A DNA stretch of 61,170 nucleotides, counting the filler, from Platydemus manokwari (taxonomy: Eukaryota): assembly GCA_037951405.1 (NCBI GenBank). It is 5 parts of 5 records of this genome, joined end to end, with 100 filler letters (N's around TTAATTAATTAA, not from the genome) between each part and the next. Parts side by side here need not be neighbours in the genome. Positions count along the whole stretch, not along the records: positions 30,514 to 43,050 come from JBBMOY010091121.1; positions 43,151 to 61,170 come from JBBMOY010611104.1; 3 more parts are not named here. One strand, given 5' to 3'. The notes under the pieces were generated by a model, which worked only from the letters and a program-made list of their open reading frames with translations, ran no database searches and was not told the DNA's origin. The translations under genes and the position numbers were made by a program. The stretch's first letter is position 1. Every line of letters begins with the position of its first letter. This document shows positions 40,201 through 54,600 of this stretch, one piece after another.

Positions 40201-43050
40201 ACTAACAGCAGATAACTTGTAGATAACTACTACAAAGTATCTAACTATTGATAGTCATAAAATTGTGTGTAAATAAAAATACAAATTCAATATGCAGTCG
40301 AAGTACAAATTTTTTGTTTTACAAAAATAAATTTTACAATATAAAAATGAAAATTATAAATTTACTCATGCAATAGTTTAGACAAATTCTTGATGCCATG
40401 TCATGAAAATAGAACAAAAACAACGGGCACAGGCCTAAAGACTACAAATTCTAGTCTAACACAAAAGCAATAGCAAATAAGTGGTAGTTTAAGAAAAAAT
40501 AATCTAATTACGCTATACTTGTTCAAGTTTTTTACAGATAAAAAATTTCTTTCAGGTCTCTTGATTAAAAATTAATACGATATATGAACTTAATTTACAT
40601 ATTTAAGAGCGTAATATGTACTCTACAATTTATATACGTAGTTGCTATAATTAGTTTAAAGAATGCTTTGACTTGTGTCAGTCGATATTCTGTTGCTTTA
40701 ATTGCTCCGAGGAATATGGTTGAAATTATACGAATTATGGGTAAACTATTTTTATTAAAAGATTTCTCAGATTTCCTTGCTAAGGCATTAAAATATTCAT
40801 TTAAGGTTATATGATAATAAATGTGACACATTTATTATCAATACATTGTTAGTTGATACTATCGTGATTGTTTTTCAATGTCAGTTGTTTCATCTTATTC
40901 TTTGTTGTTAGATCAAATATGTTTACTGTCCACTTATTTTTGGACTCATCATATGGATTTTTAAGAAGCATAGGTTTTACTGGACTGAATTGAGATTTGG
41001 TGATATAACCATTGTTTATATAAACTCTGGGACTGTTTTATTTTATGATATTTCATATTTTTATATGACTTAATCAATCAGATGTAGTGTTCTACATTGG
41101 CTTTTTATCACTTACGAGGTCGTGTTCACATTTTGTAATGTAAAAAGGTAGTGGCCAGTAAAGCCATTACTTTAATAGGTATTTATAAGGAAACTATCTA
41201 CTTTGACTCGACCTTTTTATACTGTGTGAGCTTTGTCCAAGTTTAATCATATCCTTTATTATCTTTCCTCTTTCTTCTTTTTTATATTCAGGTATAGGAT
41301 CAAGATAGGGAATTTTATATTTATTTTTATATAGATGTTTTGCCTTTTTAATTCGAGACTTCTTGGTACCTTGGGCTCAGAATGAATGCGAACTTCAGTA
41401 GGAGACAGGATCGATGGCTGAAAGTGAAATTTATTGTCGACATGCTTCGTTGACGCTAGCGAGCTGACAGTCAATTTGATTACATAAGACCTTGTGCTTA
41501 CGAAGATCAAGAAGCAAAGAAATATCAAGCAAATAGGGATAAATATTTGAATTTTATCATATTAACAAATCTTTTTAAAACGAAACTGTTGATGGAAAAT
41601 TTTATTTATTTTTAATTTTTCACAAATATGCGCTTTTTGTTATTTTCCAACATATATTTTCATGCATTATAGGAATTAATTTATTATCATAAACTCGGTG
41701 AAAATGTTCGATAAATCAATCGTTAGTTCTTACATAACTTCAAAACACGGTAAGCAACACCTTATCAACCACTCCAATCAATGGATACATAAAAATGTTT
41801 CATTATCCTTAAAATTATTGATAAAATTAAACCATAAATTTTAAACCATAATAATATCATCAGCGGGTAAACAATTTGTTTTACATATTTTCTTTCAATT
41901 TTAAAAAAAATGAATGCTTATAAGTAGAAATTTTGTTTTAAAAATTCTCTAAATCAATTGAATACTTGAAAAATGATATTTGATGATCATAATCATTAAA
42001 TCAAATCAACTATTGTTAGGAATCAGGTTTTAGAAATGACAATGATTTATTCCAGAAGTCTGATTAGAATCGAATGATGTTCTTACCGATTCTGCAGATC
42101 TGACACAGAATATTGTTATTTCAAAGAATAGAACTTTCTGTTATGACAAAAAAACGGCATGTAGAATTGTTTTTTGAGAATTTTATTCTATCTTAATTCA
42201 GAACAATTTAATGAAAGATCCACTAAAACATATTTGGTGTTAAAAATAAATCGATAAAATTACAACTTATAATTAAGCTAAACGAAGAATGATGCCATTT
42301 TCAATAAAATTGTTGTGATTTCATTGTCAGGGATATGGAATATGAATATATTCGAAATGTATTCAAATTCACCAATTAGAATGTTATTGAAAATTGAATT
42401 TAAGGTCTTGTCGCTTATTAATAACTATAAAGGACTGCAGGACCGATTGATCGCACTGACATAGCTCACAAACCAACACACTGTTTTCTCAATTGGCTTC
42501 TACTTACAATTTGCCATGTTTGCAACGTAATTTATAATCATAAGTTTGTATATGTATCTTGTGTTAAACTTTTATTTAATGATATGTTTTGATGATTACA
42601 ATTGGATAAAGTGATTTATCATTACCACGTGTGTGTAGTAATAATGTCATGTATTTTATCAAATTGAAATTCTCACTCTATGTTGTTTCTGATTGATACT
42701 GACTCAATAGCTATGCATTACAGTGTTCATTCGAGTGCACAATACAGATTTCTGTCAATGAACGAAATTTATGATTTAAAATATAAAAAAAAATCATTTT
42801 AAATATAAAATTGAAAGAATTTTATTTTACTAACATTCCAAGCGTATATAAACATAGAGCATGATTACGATTATTAAATTGGATTGGGATTCCAAAATGT
42901 GTTCATAAATGAAACAATTTGAAAATTATTTGCAAAATATCTTTAAAATGATTAAAAAAAATGAAAAATTATTTTTAATAAAAATATGAAAACCTATCGA
43001 GAATTATAATTATAAAATGTTTATACCTGATCCTATTATCGCCATCACAA
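37204..43050 (-). CDS. SLC17-family (sialin/VGLUT/NPT-like) MFS transporter, internal exons 43050-43027 (cut by gap), 39568-39348, 37359-37204
   Basis: Spliced translation VMAIIGS|GSTIGTVVGQSLTGIIIQSFGWTYVFYIMGIFGCIWFIAYCFLVFDKPDSHPFISEYEK...|KKQSRVPWKSAFTSRPF...WYTMINCYPLYIGAVLGFNISQ. GW..VFY..G..G..W, P..HP.IS..E and VPW..I.TS.P are SLC17 signatures. Phases are consistent. Confidence 0.85.
37560..38160 (-). mobile_element. Gypsy/Ty3 LTR-retrotransposon integrase remnant inside an SLC17 intron
   Basis: Zinc-binding region IHEDFYHVGSKKT...LYWPNM...C..RK, then KQGFSSPYQHQSNG and TNFSPFEIIYGRKI. Core partly deleted, with stops and frameshifts. Confidence 0.88.
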
Positions 43051-43150
43051 NNNNNNNNNNNNNNNNNNNNNNNNNNNNNNNNNNNNNNNNNNNNTTAATT
43101 AATTAANNNNNNNNNNNNNNNNNNNNNNNNNNNNNNNNNNNNNNNNNNNN
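43051..43150. other. Assembly gap spacer
   Basis: 44 N + TTAATTAATTAA + 44 N. Confidence 0.98.
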
Positions 43151-43443
43151 ACAATTCTCTTATTCATGTAAATAATTATCTTAAATTGTGCAAAATTTAT
43201 TTTAAAACTCAAAAAACCCTATATATTTTTTAGATATTGGATTAAAATTTGAAGAACGAAATTCATATAAACTTTTAAAATAAAAATGTTTATGGTTCTT
43301 AAATTTAATAATAGCTCAGTAAATGATATTAAAAATGTTGAAGAAATAATTAATTAACGATTTGTGATAGAAAATGTATCAATGAGAATGTAGATCAAAT
43401 GAAAGAAGATTTGGGATTGAATAATTTCAAAATAAACTCTCTC

Positions 43444-45150
43444 TCAATTTATCTTTCCAACCTTTGTGTATAGATATTGATATAATTCTTGTTCAGTAAT
43501 TCCCACTACAGTTAAAAATTTAAAATAATTAATAATATCATTAGAATTCGCCCTTCTTCTTTTAGGGGTTTTATCATCCGCAAATAATAAACGAATTAAA
43601 TTCACTGTTAATTCGATACTAGTTTTATCATTTGATTGTGAATACTTTTTAATGTTTGATTTATAAAGTAAAAATTCACGTTTATTGATTTCAGTATACT
43701 GAAACCCGTTTTATTTTTCGCGTGACCACGGAGTGATAAATAATGGTACTTTTTCACTTGCTTACATACTTTAAAATCTATATCTGTTGATTTTATTTCC
43801 ATTTCTGATTTCATCACATTTTCTGTTTTTTAGCGTGTTTTCATCTACTTCCAGTTCCATTAATGGGTACTCTAAATATTTGATATATTTTAAATTCTTA
43901 TAATTTGATTTCTGAGTGACTCTCTCGATTGTCAATATATCCAAATATTTTTCTATATCCTCAGCCTTTTCTAAATCCATTTCTTCTTTATTCCCGTATA
44001 TAATATGTTAGTAACCGCTACTTCACTTGTTACTGGTTTAATTAATTAACCATTGTAATTAACCATCAAAAAAACTCATGATTAGGATTTTCTCAAATTT
44101 ATTTAATAAACAAATAAAACATTTTTCAAACAGATTTTGGAGAGCTTTCTCATTTATTTTTAATCTCGATCAGGATTACATATACAAATATTTATTTTAA
44201 AAAATTAAATTTTACTTATAAAATTTTAAAACATTTTATATAAAGATATTAAATTTTATAATTTATTAAATTCTTTTAAATCGTAATTTAAAAGTTGCTA
44301 TTTTAAATTATTTTAAATAAACCTCACATAATATTTATTAAATTATCTGTAATTTCCCTTTTAAACCAGTTTGTACCATAATTGAAATAATCTTTATTAT
44401 TCTATTTTAACACAAAAATCGTGTATTATCAATAATTAATACTTGGAATTCTTTCTTATTTAATATTTTGGTTTCTAATCTTGGATAGAGCGAAGGTGCA
44501 AATAATGCATTTTCTTTCATCCAAAATTCTTCAATATAAGTTCCTGGGTTTAAATTATTAGTCAAAATATATTTAAATAATTCATTATCTCGAAATTGAA
44601 TGACTTTTTTATATAATCTTGTTTTCTATCAATAGCTTTTAAATTTTTATCTAGTTCTTCTATTACTAATCAAAGTTTGATTTTGTACAATTGGTTCTAA
44701 ATATGGTTTAGTAAATTCAGCGATACCTTGATTCCTCAAAATTTTAGAATATTGTTTTTTTATAAGCCTTCTTATTTAAGTTATTTTTTAAAGCATTGAT
44801 TTTTTTCAGTTGTCATTGATATCATAATTCATATCTATTTTTTAAATATTATTTTTAACTATATTTTTTTCTGATGTCTCTATCTACAGTATAGATCTTA
44901 CCTAATTGTTCTTTAATATCTGAACCCCAACCACCGGGATTCGTATCCTTGATTCAGATCAACGTGCCTTAGAACTAAAATTTCTAATGGAGTCTACTAG
45001 TTTATAATCAATATTAATATTAGCAATTGAACCTCCTTGATCAAGAGTATTGAAATGAGCTTTGATTTCTGGAGGTAATTCATTATCAACATCTGTATCC
45101 CATTGATAGATAATTTTAGTAAAATATTCTAAATTTTCTAATGACATTTT
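43444..45150 (-). mobile_element. Decayed intronless coding tract, probably Polinton/Maverick (endogenous dsDNA virus-like) derived
   Basis: Successive broken minus-strand frames: MSLENLEYF...NPGGWGSDIKEQLG; EFTKPYLEPIV; EDIEKYLDIL...KYIKYLEYPL; KTGFSI; LIRLLFA...NSNDIINYFKFL..VGI. The order resembles, from memory, an unnamed Polinton-associated ORF family. Confidence 0.4.
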
Positions 45151-46499
45151 TATTCAAAAAAAATAGTGTTAAAATTCATATGATTACAACTACGAAAAAT
45201 ATGTCACCTCGAATATATATTCGAGACTCTTTAACTTGTCACAAAAAATTTTGTAGGTTTGCCATCAATGACTATTAGTTATATACTATAATTTCACTCC
45301 GGTGAAATTTATACTTTAATACTTTTTTATACTTTTTTTATTTTTCTGAAGTTAAAGTAAGGCGTCAGATACTGGATTTGCTTACTACTTTAGTTTTAAT
45401 ATGAGTGGCCTTTCTGTTTAGTCACTTTAAGAGGAATATTATATTAAACCACTGCTGTGAATTTCATTAGATCCAGAAAACAGAACCGCAAATAAAATAG
45501 GAATCCAAACACATATCACAGTAATTCTCTTCAATAAACACAACACTTTGCAAGTTCAATGTACAATAAACACTAGAAACTTCAAAACTACTATACGTCA
45601 GCTTTCTGATGATAGCAAATAAATACAATGCATCAATAAATTTTGAATAAAGAAATGCAATAGATTTTGTACTTAAGTAAGTCGAACAAGTTTACAGAAA
45701 TCCAATTTGAAATAATTTTGATGTAGAATAAAAAGTCTGTTATTGCAATGGTTTTTTGTAAGTGTCCTTTTTGTGCAATCCGTAGCTTATAATAGTTGAT
45801 GGAAAAATCGAACGATACTCAATTTTAGTAAAGGTTAAATTTCTCAACGGCTTCTGACATGGATTCTTCCAATACTGAAAGAGATAAAATATAATTATAA
45901 AATAATGAAAACAAATAAACATATTAGACAGAAAATTATAAAATTTGAAATAAATGGACAAGTGAAACCTAAATGTGGTGTATTAAGTTCGAAAATTTAA
46001 ATTTGAATTTAGCAGTTAAACCCTAGTTGTGAACTATTAATGACATTGAAATGAAAATTTGGAAACTTTAATTAAGAACCTTTACTAATATTATGCAAGT
46101 TTGAGCTGAATATGTAAATGAGAACATTATAATTAATTAGTAATTTCCAAAAACATTTATGAATTATATGAATAAATAATTGACACGTGTTTTTAATTAA
46201 ATAATATAAAAATGTTAATTTTAGAAATCAATATATTCGATTAAATTTTAAAAAGAATTCAATGCTAATGATAATATTTATGTAATTGAAGACATTACTA
46301 ACAGTTAATAGCAATTTTGGAATAAAGGTGAAACATTCCCAGTTATTAATAAATTAAGCACGAAGTACATCCAAGAAATGATACTCGAAAATTAATTTAT
46401 AATAAAGTGGTCGTTTGAAATTTCAAGAAAATTACGAAAACTAAGAATGTTATTTATTATTCGTTAAATAAGCTTTACATCCTAGTGTAGCCGTAGAAG

Positions 46500-49400
46500 T
46501 TTCGGTAGTAGATTTTTTTTCAAACAATGTGAATGGTAGCATTGCAACCGTAGATAAATTGGATAAAATTGTAATACCCAGAAGTTTGTTCTACGTTGGT
46601 AACCTGCTTTGGAAGTAGAGAAAGTCCCAATTTGTGACAGTTAATTTAGACTCAATTTAATGAATGGAGATTTAATCCTTGAGTATAATTCGATTATAAA
46701 CAACCCTAAATTTGAAGCGAAGTTAGATTATAATACAGAGCAATTGTTTTATCGTGTTTTATTCATAGTGAAGATTTATATATAATTACCAGCCGTTTTA
46801 TAAGTCCTATTAACGCGGTTATTAAATTTTCTCTTTTCGCACGATTGACCTTCTTCATGGGTAGAAGTGGCTGTTCTCTGTTCATATACGGAGGCCGGTC
46901 GAGATTGGAAAAATGTATGAGATTCTTGTAATGTTTTTCTGATCAAAATTGACTGAATGCTTGGTGTAACTCGATTTGCTAAATAAATATCAATTCTTTC
47001 AAAAATGTCATCAAAATTCTAATATATTTACCTTTACCTCTTTGATTACTTTTCCAGCGTGTTCCGTGGGTCCATATCGAACGTAAGGCCTAAAAATCGA
47101 TCTCATCCATTTATCAAATATCGAATATAAAGTAGACTTACTCGTTTTTGAATTCGTAATTTACCGAACAGAATTGACTTATATTTTTTCAAAATTTTGA
47201 TCGGAAATCGATTCATCGAGCACGATCTGGTTTGTTGCTGAGTAACGTCTGGATAAGTTATTCTTTTTAATTAATGTATTTTTACAAATTTACTTCTATA
47301 CTGCTCGTGAATTGACAATGTTTCACTACTTTGGAACACATCTACTTCGGTACTGATGTATTCGGTTAAGTCATCGTCGTCATAACGCTCTGAAATACGT
47401 ATATGATATTATTATATGAATATGTTTTGTCATTTTTCAAATATTTTCCCGGTTTGGATAACCAAATCGATGATTATCATGGAATTGCTATCAAGAATAA
47501 GTAATTTCACCTCCTAATAACACTTCAATTGTATATTTTATTTGTGACATTGTATCATAATTTTATTTTGATTTTAATCGACATAATCAAACTTGAAGCT
47601 TCAATATCAACTCAGAAACCATTATATACCCTTAACAGAAATCTCTCGAGGATTTACCAATGTTGAAGGCATTGATCGTTGAAGACATGAACGAGAGAAA
47701 ACCACCTAGAACGAAATATGAAATGATTTCATAAAATCATTGAGAACCAAACCGAAAGAGTAATGATTTCAGAATATTGATTGTTGGAGAAATCATCAAT
47801 GTCAGTGCATAGACGAATTTCTAGGATTTGATTAGTGAACGATATTGAATTTTGGAGTGCCTGTGCAATTTGTAATTCACCGGAACCTAAATTTATTGCT
47901 AAGAAGTTTTAAATTTATGAAACAGACATGAAAATTAGTCTAACCTCTGTTGTTTTGTAAAGCAACTCTGACGACAGATGATGGCTTACCAATGCAACTG
48001 AGTAACAACAAAGTATAAAATTATTTTAATGTCATAGAAGTAATTACAATGTTGTATTAACAAATGCGAACAATTCGCCATTGCCACTATTGATATTATT
48101 AATGAACTTGATAGGACATTGGAAATATTGATCTGGATTGTCGATGTGAATGGACAATAATATTATATCTGTGATCCCATTGACAGAAAAAGATGTGACT
48201 GCATAATTTATTGTGAGAAGATCTGTTGGTAATGATATGTTTTCATCGTCTGAAGACTGTTAAGATTTGAATTAATGTTTGATAAAGTAAAAATAAGGGA
48301 GGAGATTCAAGCGTTCATCATATCATCCAGTTAAAAAATGCCACATTATATGAACAACATATAGCAATAACACATCACAAATAATTTCCCAGTCAAAGAC
48401 ATTGCAATTGGTAATTTCTGGAAATATTTTATTGGTAAGAATAAAGAAAAGGAATCAAGACATCTTTAAGATACTTAATGCATAAATTTGGTACTTCTCT
48501 TGACGATGATACGAGTTAAGAAACAATTTTATCATTTTATAAGAAATTGCTGGTGTTTAGAATTTCCAAGAGAGACGAAACGCATTTTTTAGAATAATTT
48601 TTGAAAGAAATGCCCTAACATTTCGATTCTCTAGTATTACCAATGGATTATGTGTCTTGTCACGAAAAACAGCCCTTCATATATTTAATTCTTTGCAATT
48701 TCGAAAAAGAAAGAGCAACACTGATTTGAAAGGCGAGATCGCAGAATATTTACTACTTGATGTTTAATCGAAAATTTATCAAACTTTTTCATCATTTAAA
48801 TTTATTATAAAAGAATTTGTGTACCCCAAAATCGTTTATATTGTCGAAATTTTATCATTAATCGATGACCCCATGATAAACTAGTTATCTTATTGTATGC
48901 TCAATATAATTTATTTGTGTCCTCAAGGTAACCTCAAATGTACATAACAAAATACCTATCCTAGATGAATATTCCAATACACTCTAGTAAATTATCACCC
49001 TTGTTTCAATCCTATTTATTTCCTCTTCCAGTACTGATGTCACACCATTTGTGACACACAATATATTATCTAATTCCCAATTCTTTATCGGTGACGTCTG
49101 CTTGTCAGTAGATAAAATTGCAGTATCAACCAATAAATCATCTTCTTTTTTGTTTTCCGGCACTGGCGATGTGAATATTTGAAATTCAAACTCACACACG
49201 CCCTGATCAAATGCCGATAAGATTTGTCGTTCAATCCACTGAATTGTGACAGAATCGATCTAAAGAAAGAAAGGCGGTGCTGAGATATCAATTACATCTA
49301 TAAAAATACTTTATCATTCTCAACATGCCATTGGGACAGAGCCACACGATTGAAATCGATAGAGATGTGTAGCTGATGATTGTCGGTCATCGAAAATTTA

Positions 49401-50735
49401 ATGTTTAACTTGAATAAATTGATTATTCCATTATGCTTAATAATTTTACTTGGATGGATAATTGTGATAAATTTATAATGACAACTTCGTTATCTATATC
49501 TGGATATCGAATAGGCACGCCCAACATCAGTTGAGGAATTATTAATTTACAAGACAAATTCAACTTGGAATTGTTTTCCCCAATTTTAATTTCTTGAAAT
49601 TCTGGTACTTGAGAACCGAAAGAAATCGTTTCGATGTGAATTTTTCTCTGCAAATTTTAAATATGAATGGAAGCATGGTCTCAACACCAAGATATTTTTA
49701 ATTAATTTAGTTAAAAAACATTTTAATTAAATAATAAGTAAATCAATAATGAACATAGAAATTAATTTATTAGATAATAATTTATTGAATAATATATAAT
49801 TCTATTTCAAATAAGCCTATGGTGTGACAGAATTTATTAAAATCTTAATAGTCTACAAATATTTATAAACATATATATATCGATCAAATAATCTCATAAT
49901 AAAATAAAAATAAACAATCAAGATTTAATAATTTCTTAATTTATTCAAATTTATTAAATTAATAATGTTAAATTTATTTCGTTTGTTTAAATATTCTTAT
50001 ATATAAATTTAATTTCTGATAAAATTTTAAAATTAAAAAATCACAATTTCTATCAGATAAACTAATTAGCCCTATTTTAAGGCATAAAATCTTTTAAATA
50101 ATTAATAATCTAAACATTTTACAATTTTCTGATTATCAAATACATAATTTAAAAAGACAAATTCTCACATCTTTGGAAGAATCCAATTTTTGGATGATAA
50201 TATTCAAAACATCTAACAGTTTATTTTTGAAAAATCCAAAATTCATAAAAATCCAAAATAAAATAACATTAATTGGCATTTTCGGTTGATCAGAATTTTT
50301 AGAAGGTTTTGTTGAACTTTTTTTATTCCCATCATCTTTTTCCACATTTGGTAAAACAATATCTTCAATAATCTTGTTTAGTCTATGTCTTTGAACTTTA
50401 GTCGACTTGATTTTCACTTTTCTCGGAACAATTTTCATAGAATGATCTATTGGTTCTGGGATTTCAATTATTGGAGTAATTATTTTATTACCATCGTTAA
50501 TCACCTTGATAAACAATAAATTGATCTAGATTATCATTTTTAATTTTACTTTCACTAGACCAAATTCATTGTTTTTCCAAAAGTACACAGAAAATACTAC
50601 TAAAACTGATAAAAATATCCAACAATACAAAAGGATGTTTAATATATCCGGTTGAGAATTCTCGATAAATTTATTCATTTGGTTCCACAGTGTTTCGAAA
50701 CAAAAACATAAAACATTCGCTATATTTGTAGCCAT
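46500..50735 (-). CDS. Multi-exon TM-SMP-like-C2 protein, C2CD2/C2CD2L(TMEM24)-like lipid-transfer candidate; exons 50735-50550, 50504-50169, 49647-49450, 49408-49310, 49259-48999, 48256-~48048 and about 7 further short exons to ~46500
   Basis: Chain of phase-consistent GT-AG exons with short introns. N-terminal TM (ILLYCWIFLSVLVVFSVYFW), SMP-like IHIETISFGSQVPEFQEI, and C2-like LSIHIDNPDQYF resembling the ELDNP.Q motif of C2CD2L. The gene is well supported; the family call and 3' end are tentative. Confidence 0.6.
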
Positions 50736-51171
50736 ATATTTAATAACATCTAATCTTAACATTATTCGCTAATTCAAATAATTTAATTTGGATAATATGA
50801 ATATTTAATACGAATAAACAAAATATAAAGAAACTGTTAATTTAATCGCATATTCCTAGGGCATTTTCGTAACATCTACCAGAACAACATTTTCTGCAAT
50901 CATAAAAAGTCAAGTTTCCATATTTTTCTTCGGGTAACTTTTCATCGAATTCAAGGCCTAAAATTAAATATTCTAAACTTGAATTATGAAAAAATAATCT
51001 CACATTTCCCACTGGGATATGAAATCAAACTTGATTTTATTACAGAAAATAATAAAATTATTGATAATAATTTTAACATCGTTAATTAATATTTATTATT
51101 TATCATTTGTAAAACAATAAATTTAAATACAAGTAAATCAGTTTGTGAAATTTATTCAAAATTTATTTGAT

Positions 51172-51642
51172 TTATATATAATGTGTTTTTTCAATTGGCG
51201 AATCTAATAAATACTCTCTGGAATGATGTTTATAATGAAGATTTTGTTGATTTAATTGAACATTTTTCTGATTATTAATGAGGGGAAAATTTAGTTGACA
51301 TTCTTCATTAGAATAGTGAGGCAGTATAACATCATATGAAAAGCTTGTAGGATAGTTATATAAGTAGACTTCACAAGCAGCGCACTGTGGATTGTTTTCA
51401 TCATTAAAATCGTCCGTTATACTTTCATTTGATCCTCTATCAAGAATACTTCCTGAAAATCCATATGTTGTTGCATCATTTCTTTTGTGAATATGTTTCT
51501 TCATGTTGATTTTTGGTTTTAGTCGGGAGTGATGAGAAGCAGGTATTGCAATTTGACAAGCATTTAAAATAAGATTTGAAAAGTTTCTCTTTGATTTTGT
51601 TTTATTTTTCCTATTGGAATTGTTGTAAACTTTGCATTGCAT
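51172..51642 (-). CDS. Uncharacterised 156-aa ORF (single or terminal exon)
   Basis: 471-nt stop-free frame in AT-rich DNA; basic N-terminal half and a PQCAACEVY CxxC motif; possible acceptor CAATAG just upstream of the ATG. Confidence 0.5.
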   Translation of the reverse strand: MQCKVYNNSNRKNKTKSKRNFSNLILNACQIAIPASHHSRLKPKINMKKHIHKRNDATTYGFSGSILDRGSNESITDDFNDENNPQCAACEVYLYNYPTSFSYDVILPHYSNEECQLNFPLINNQKNVQLNQQNLHYKHHSREYLLDSPIEKTHYI

Positions 51643-54600
51643 TTCTATTGATATCCTTCATTGCATGATTAAAAAAGAAGTCGATACATTTAACGATTTA
51701 TTTTATAATAATTCAATGAATAACGTTGTTATGTCTTTGAAAATTGCTTAAGTTTCTTAAATTGATATTGAGAAGTCATAATATGGATCAAAATTTATGA
51801 TTGTCTTATATGGGTATTATTTGTGTTTTAATTTGGCTAGAAATATTAATTAAAATAATTCAGAACTCCTTTATTTCAAAGATAATTATGAAGGAACGAG
51901 ATTTTTTATATCGGAATTTTAATTTCTAACTAAAGTAAAGATGAGATCAGAAAGATGATAAGCTGCCATTGTCTGTGAACATTATTGGATCATATTAGAA
52001 ATTATATACTTTAATTTTGAATGAGAAATAATTAAAATATGATATCTACATATATAAGACATAATAAAAAAGTTATACCTCGTACACATAATCCGTCGAT
52101 ATATTTCTTTGAAGACGGTTGAAGGATATTTATGAAATTTTAACGATCAACCACATTAAACGGTTCGGATCAATGATCGAATGATTTGAAATATTTGATT
52201 AATGAACGTTTCTTTCGATTTCAACAAATCGTGACTATGAACATTATTTCTCTGACATACTGCTATGTCAAGAAAATTTTGAAAGATAGATGTTCAGTTC
52301 ATAAAACTTATCACAAAAATTTATTAAATAATGCATTCAACTACTGGGATTGACTCAACAGATGATTTCTACATGTTTGAATGTTTTAATTAACAACTTT
52401 TAAATAAGACAAATGCTTTTAATAAAATTATTTTACCCAAAGCATTGAATAGATTACAAATATTTTACACAGCTTTTTATAAAAACAATACTAAGTGATG
52501 ACTTGAGATTGACCAACCATTCAATAATCTTCAACTAGAAGTACTCGCATCTAAAAAACAAATCTCCAAACAAATCTGGTCGAAGGGGTTACGATGCCAA
52601 GTAGGCCTAACCACCAATAAAATCAAATCAAGGGCTCTTACAAGGTTATTCATAAGAGACCAAGCTAAATCTAAACACTCTATCTGCATTGAGTCTGTAA
52701 AATCCAGCGGTTAATAATAAATCAATTAATAATCCTTCTTGTGCCTGGTTATTTGTTTATCAACGACTAGTATCTGTTTTTATTATTATTCTCACAAATC
52801 AATTTGTCTATATTGTATTTGATATTTATTTCTCAATATATTTATAAACGAATTTAATTTTTATTATATAAGTATTGCAATAGTTATTATACACTGCACC
52901 TTTGGAGTCAGGTGTTGCAAAATAATCAGTAAATCAGGGGAACACGCGCACACACGTTAGGATAAAATAATTTACTAGTAAATTAAACTCAAAACTTCAA
53001 TACATTATAAACCCCAACAGTACAATTACCTAGGATTTCCATGCAATAAACAAACATGAAAAATAACTTTGCATCATTAAGAAGAAATTATATGCCATAT
53101 ATTGTTTATGTCATAATTTCAGCGATTGTTCACTCTTAGAAAGGATCTAAAGACAATAACATTCATGTTAAAAACAAATAATCAAATAATACCATAATTC
53201 CTCTACATGGTTAATTTATCTAACTAGATTGAATATATAAATGATATTTAGAATATGTGTTAATCATAGAAATGCAGATATGCTCTCAGTAAATACATGT
53301 GATTCATGTTTAAAGTGCTTAACAAAATATAAGAATCCCATTCAAAGGAAAAATGAAAATAAGATTACTACCAATGTTGACTGAGAACATAATCAAAGAA
53401 TGGCAAATAAGCTGTGAAGAGATTCATATGATTAAAAGTGAAATCTAAAGAACAAGAAATGGTGAAAAAGACTGTAAAGACAAAAGAGTAGAAAATTTGA
53501 ATACCATCAATGAAAAAAAGAGAAATAAATAAATATAATCACAATCCTTCCAATCTTCTTTAAGCTATTAACAGTTATCCAATATGTCAAAAAGCGAATC
53601 TCTATACTCAGAACCTTGAACCCGAATTGGAAAGTCAATGTTGATGATTGATATTACAAATTATTTATTGTAACAATTACAGTTTATTTGCTGATTCTGT
53701 CTGTTTTTTTGTAAAAAAAACTTTGATTTTTACTTTTATGTGATAAAGTTTTATTTCATTTAAAATATTTTTGAAAAGCTGAATTATTATTATTTATTTT
53801 ATTTGATAAATCGAATTATCAATATAATAAAATTTATAATTAAAGTAATTAATAAAATCTAAGTAGGAAGAAAATTAATTAAAATTAAAATTGAATAAAA
53901 ATAATATTCACAAAATTGGAAGAATTTAAAAAGTAAATTATTAATTATGATGTCGGATTTATGATGAATAATCAAATTAAAATAAATAAAATTACCCCAG
54001 AGGAAATTATTAACAAATTCCATTGATGATCCAAAAGAAACAACTTCATTACAATGCCTATTTAATATGGAAACCTCAAACCCGATTTTGAAGAATACCA
54101 GTAATGTTTCATTGTACGATTTCTAAGTTAAGCTATTACAACCAACCTTTATAAATTAATCATCACATTGGAAGAAAGGACATTATAATACCATAAAATC
54201 ATCTACAATTTATATTAGCCGTCATATTCCCATATTTAGAGTAAATCTAATAATCGAAAACTAATTTACTCCAACAAAGCGAAGAGATTTATAAATCATA
54301 GCTTTTTCCAAGAATTATGGTTGGTTGTCGTTTAATTATATATTAGTATTTAAATTTGTATTGATATTAATTTGTGATATTATTAAATGTTTACATAACC
54401 ATAAATGTATTTCTAATAGATAATCATTGTGGGATTAGGATTAATTGTTCATTTGATAATGCCATTGTTATAGGGCCGTCTCATAATTTTTTGTGACTAA
54501 AGTGATATTGAGACTAAAATCATAATTAGTAAGCACTATCTAAGTACCAATCACCTTGTCTCCACACATAATCTTGATCATTCAAGGCGAAAATAAATTT

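Noticed and set aside
40584-41530. ORFs on both strands inside the SLC17 intron
   Set aside because: Possibly LINE debris, but no diagnostic motif; not SLC17-like.
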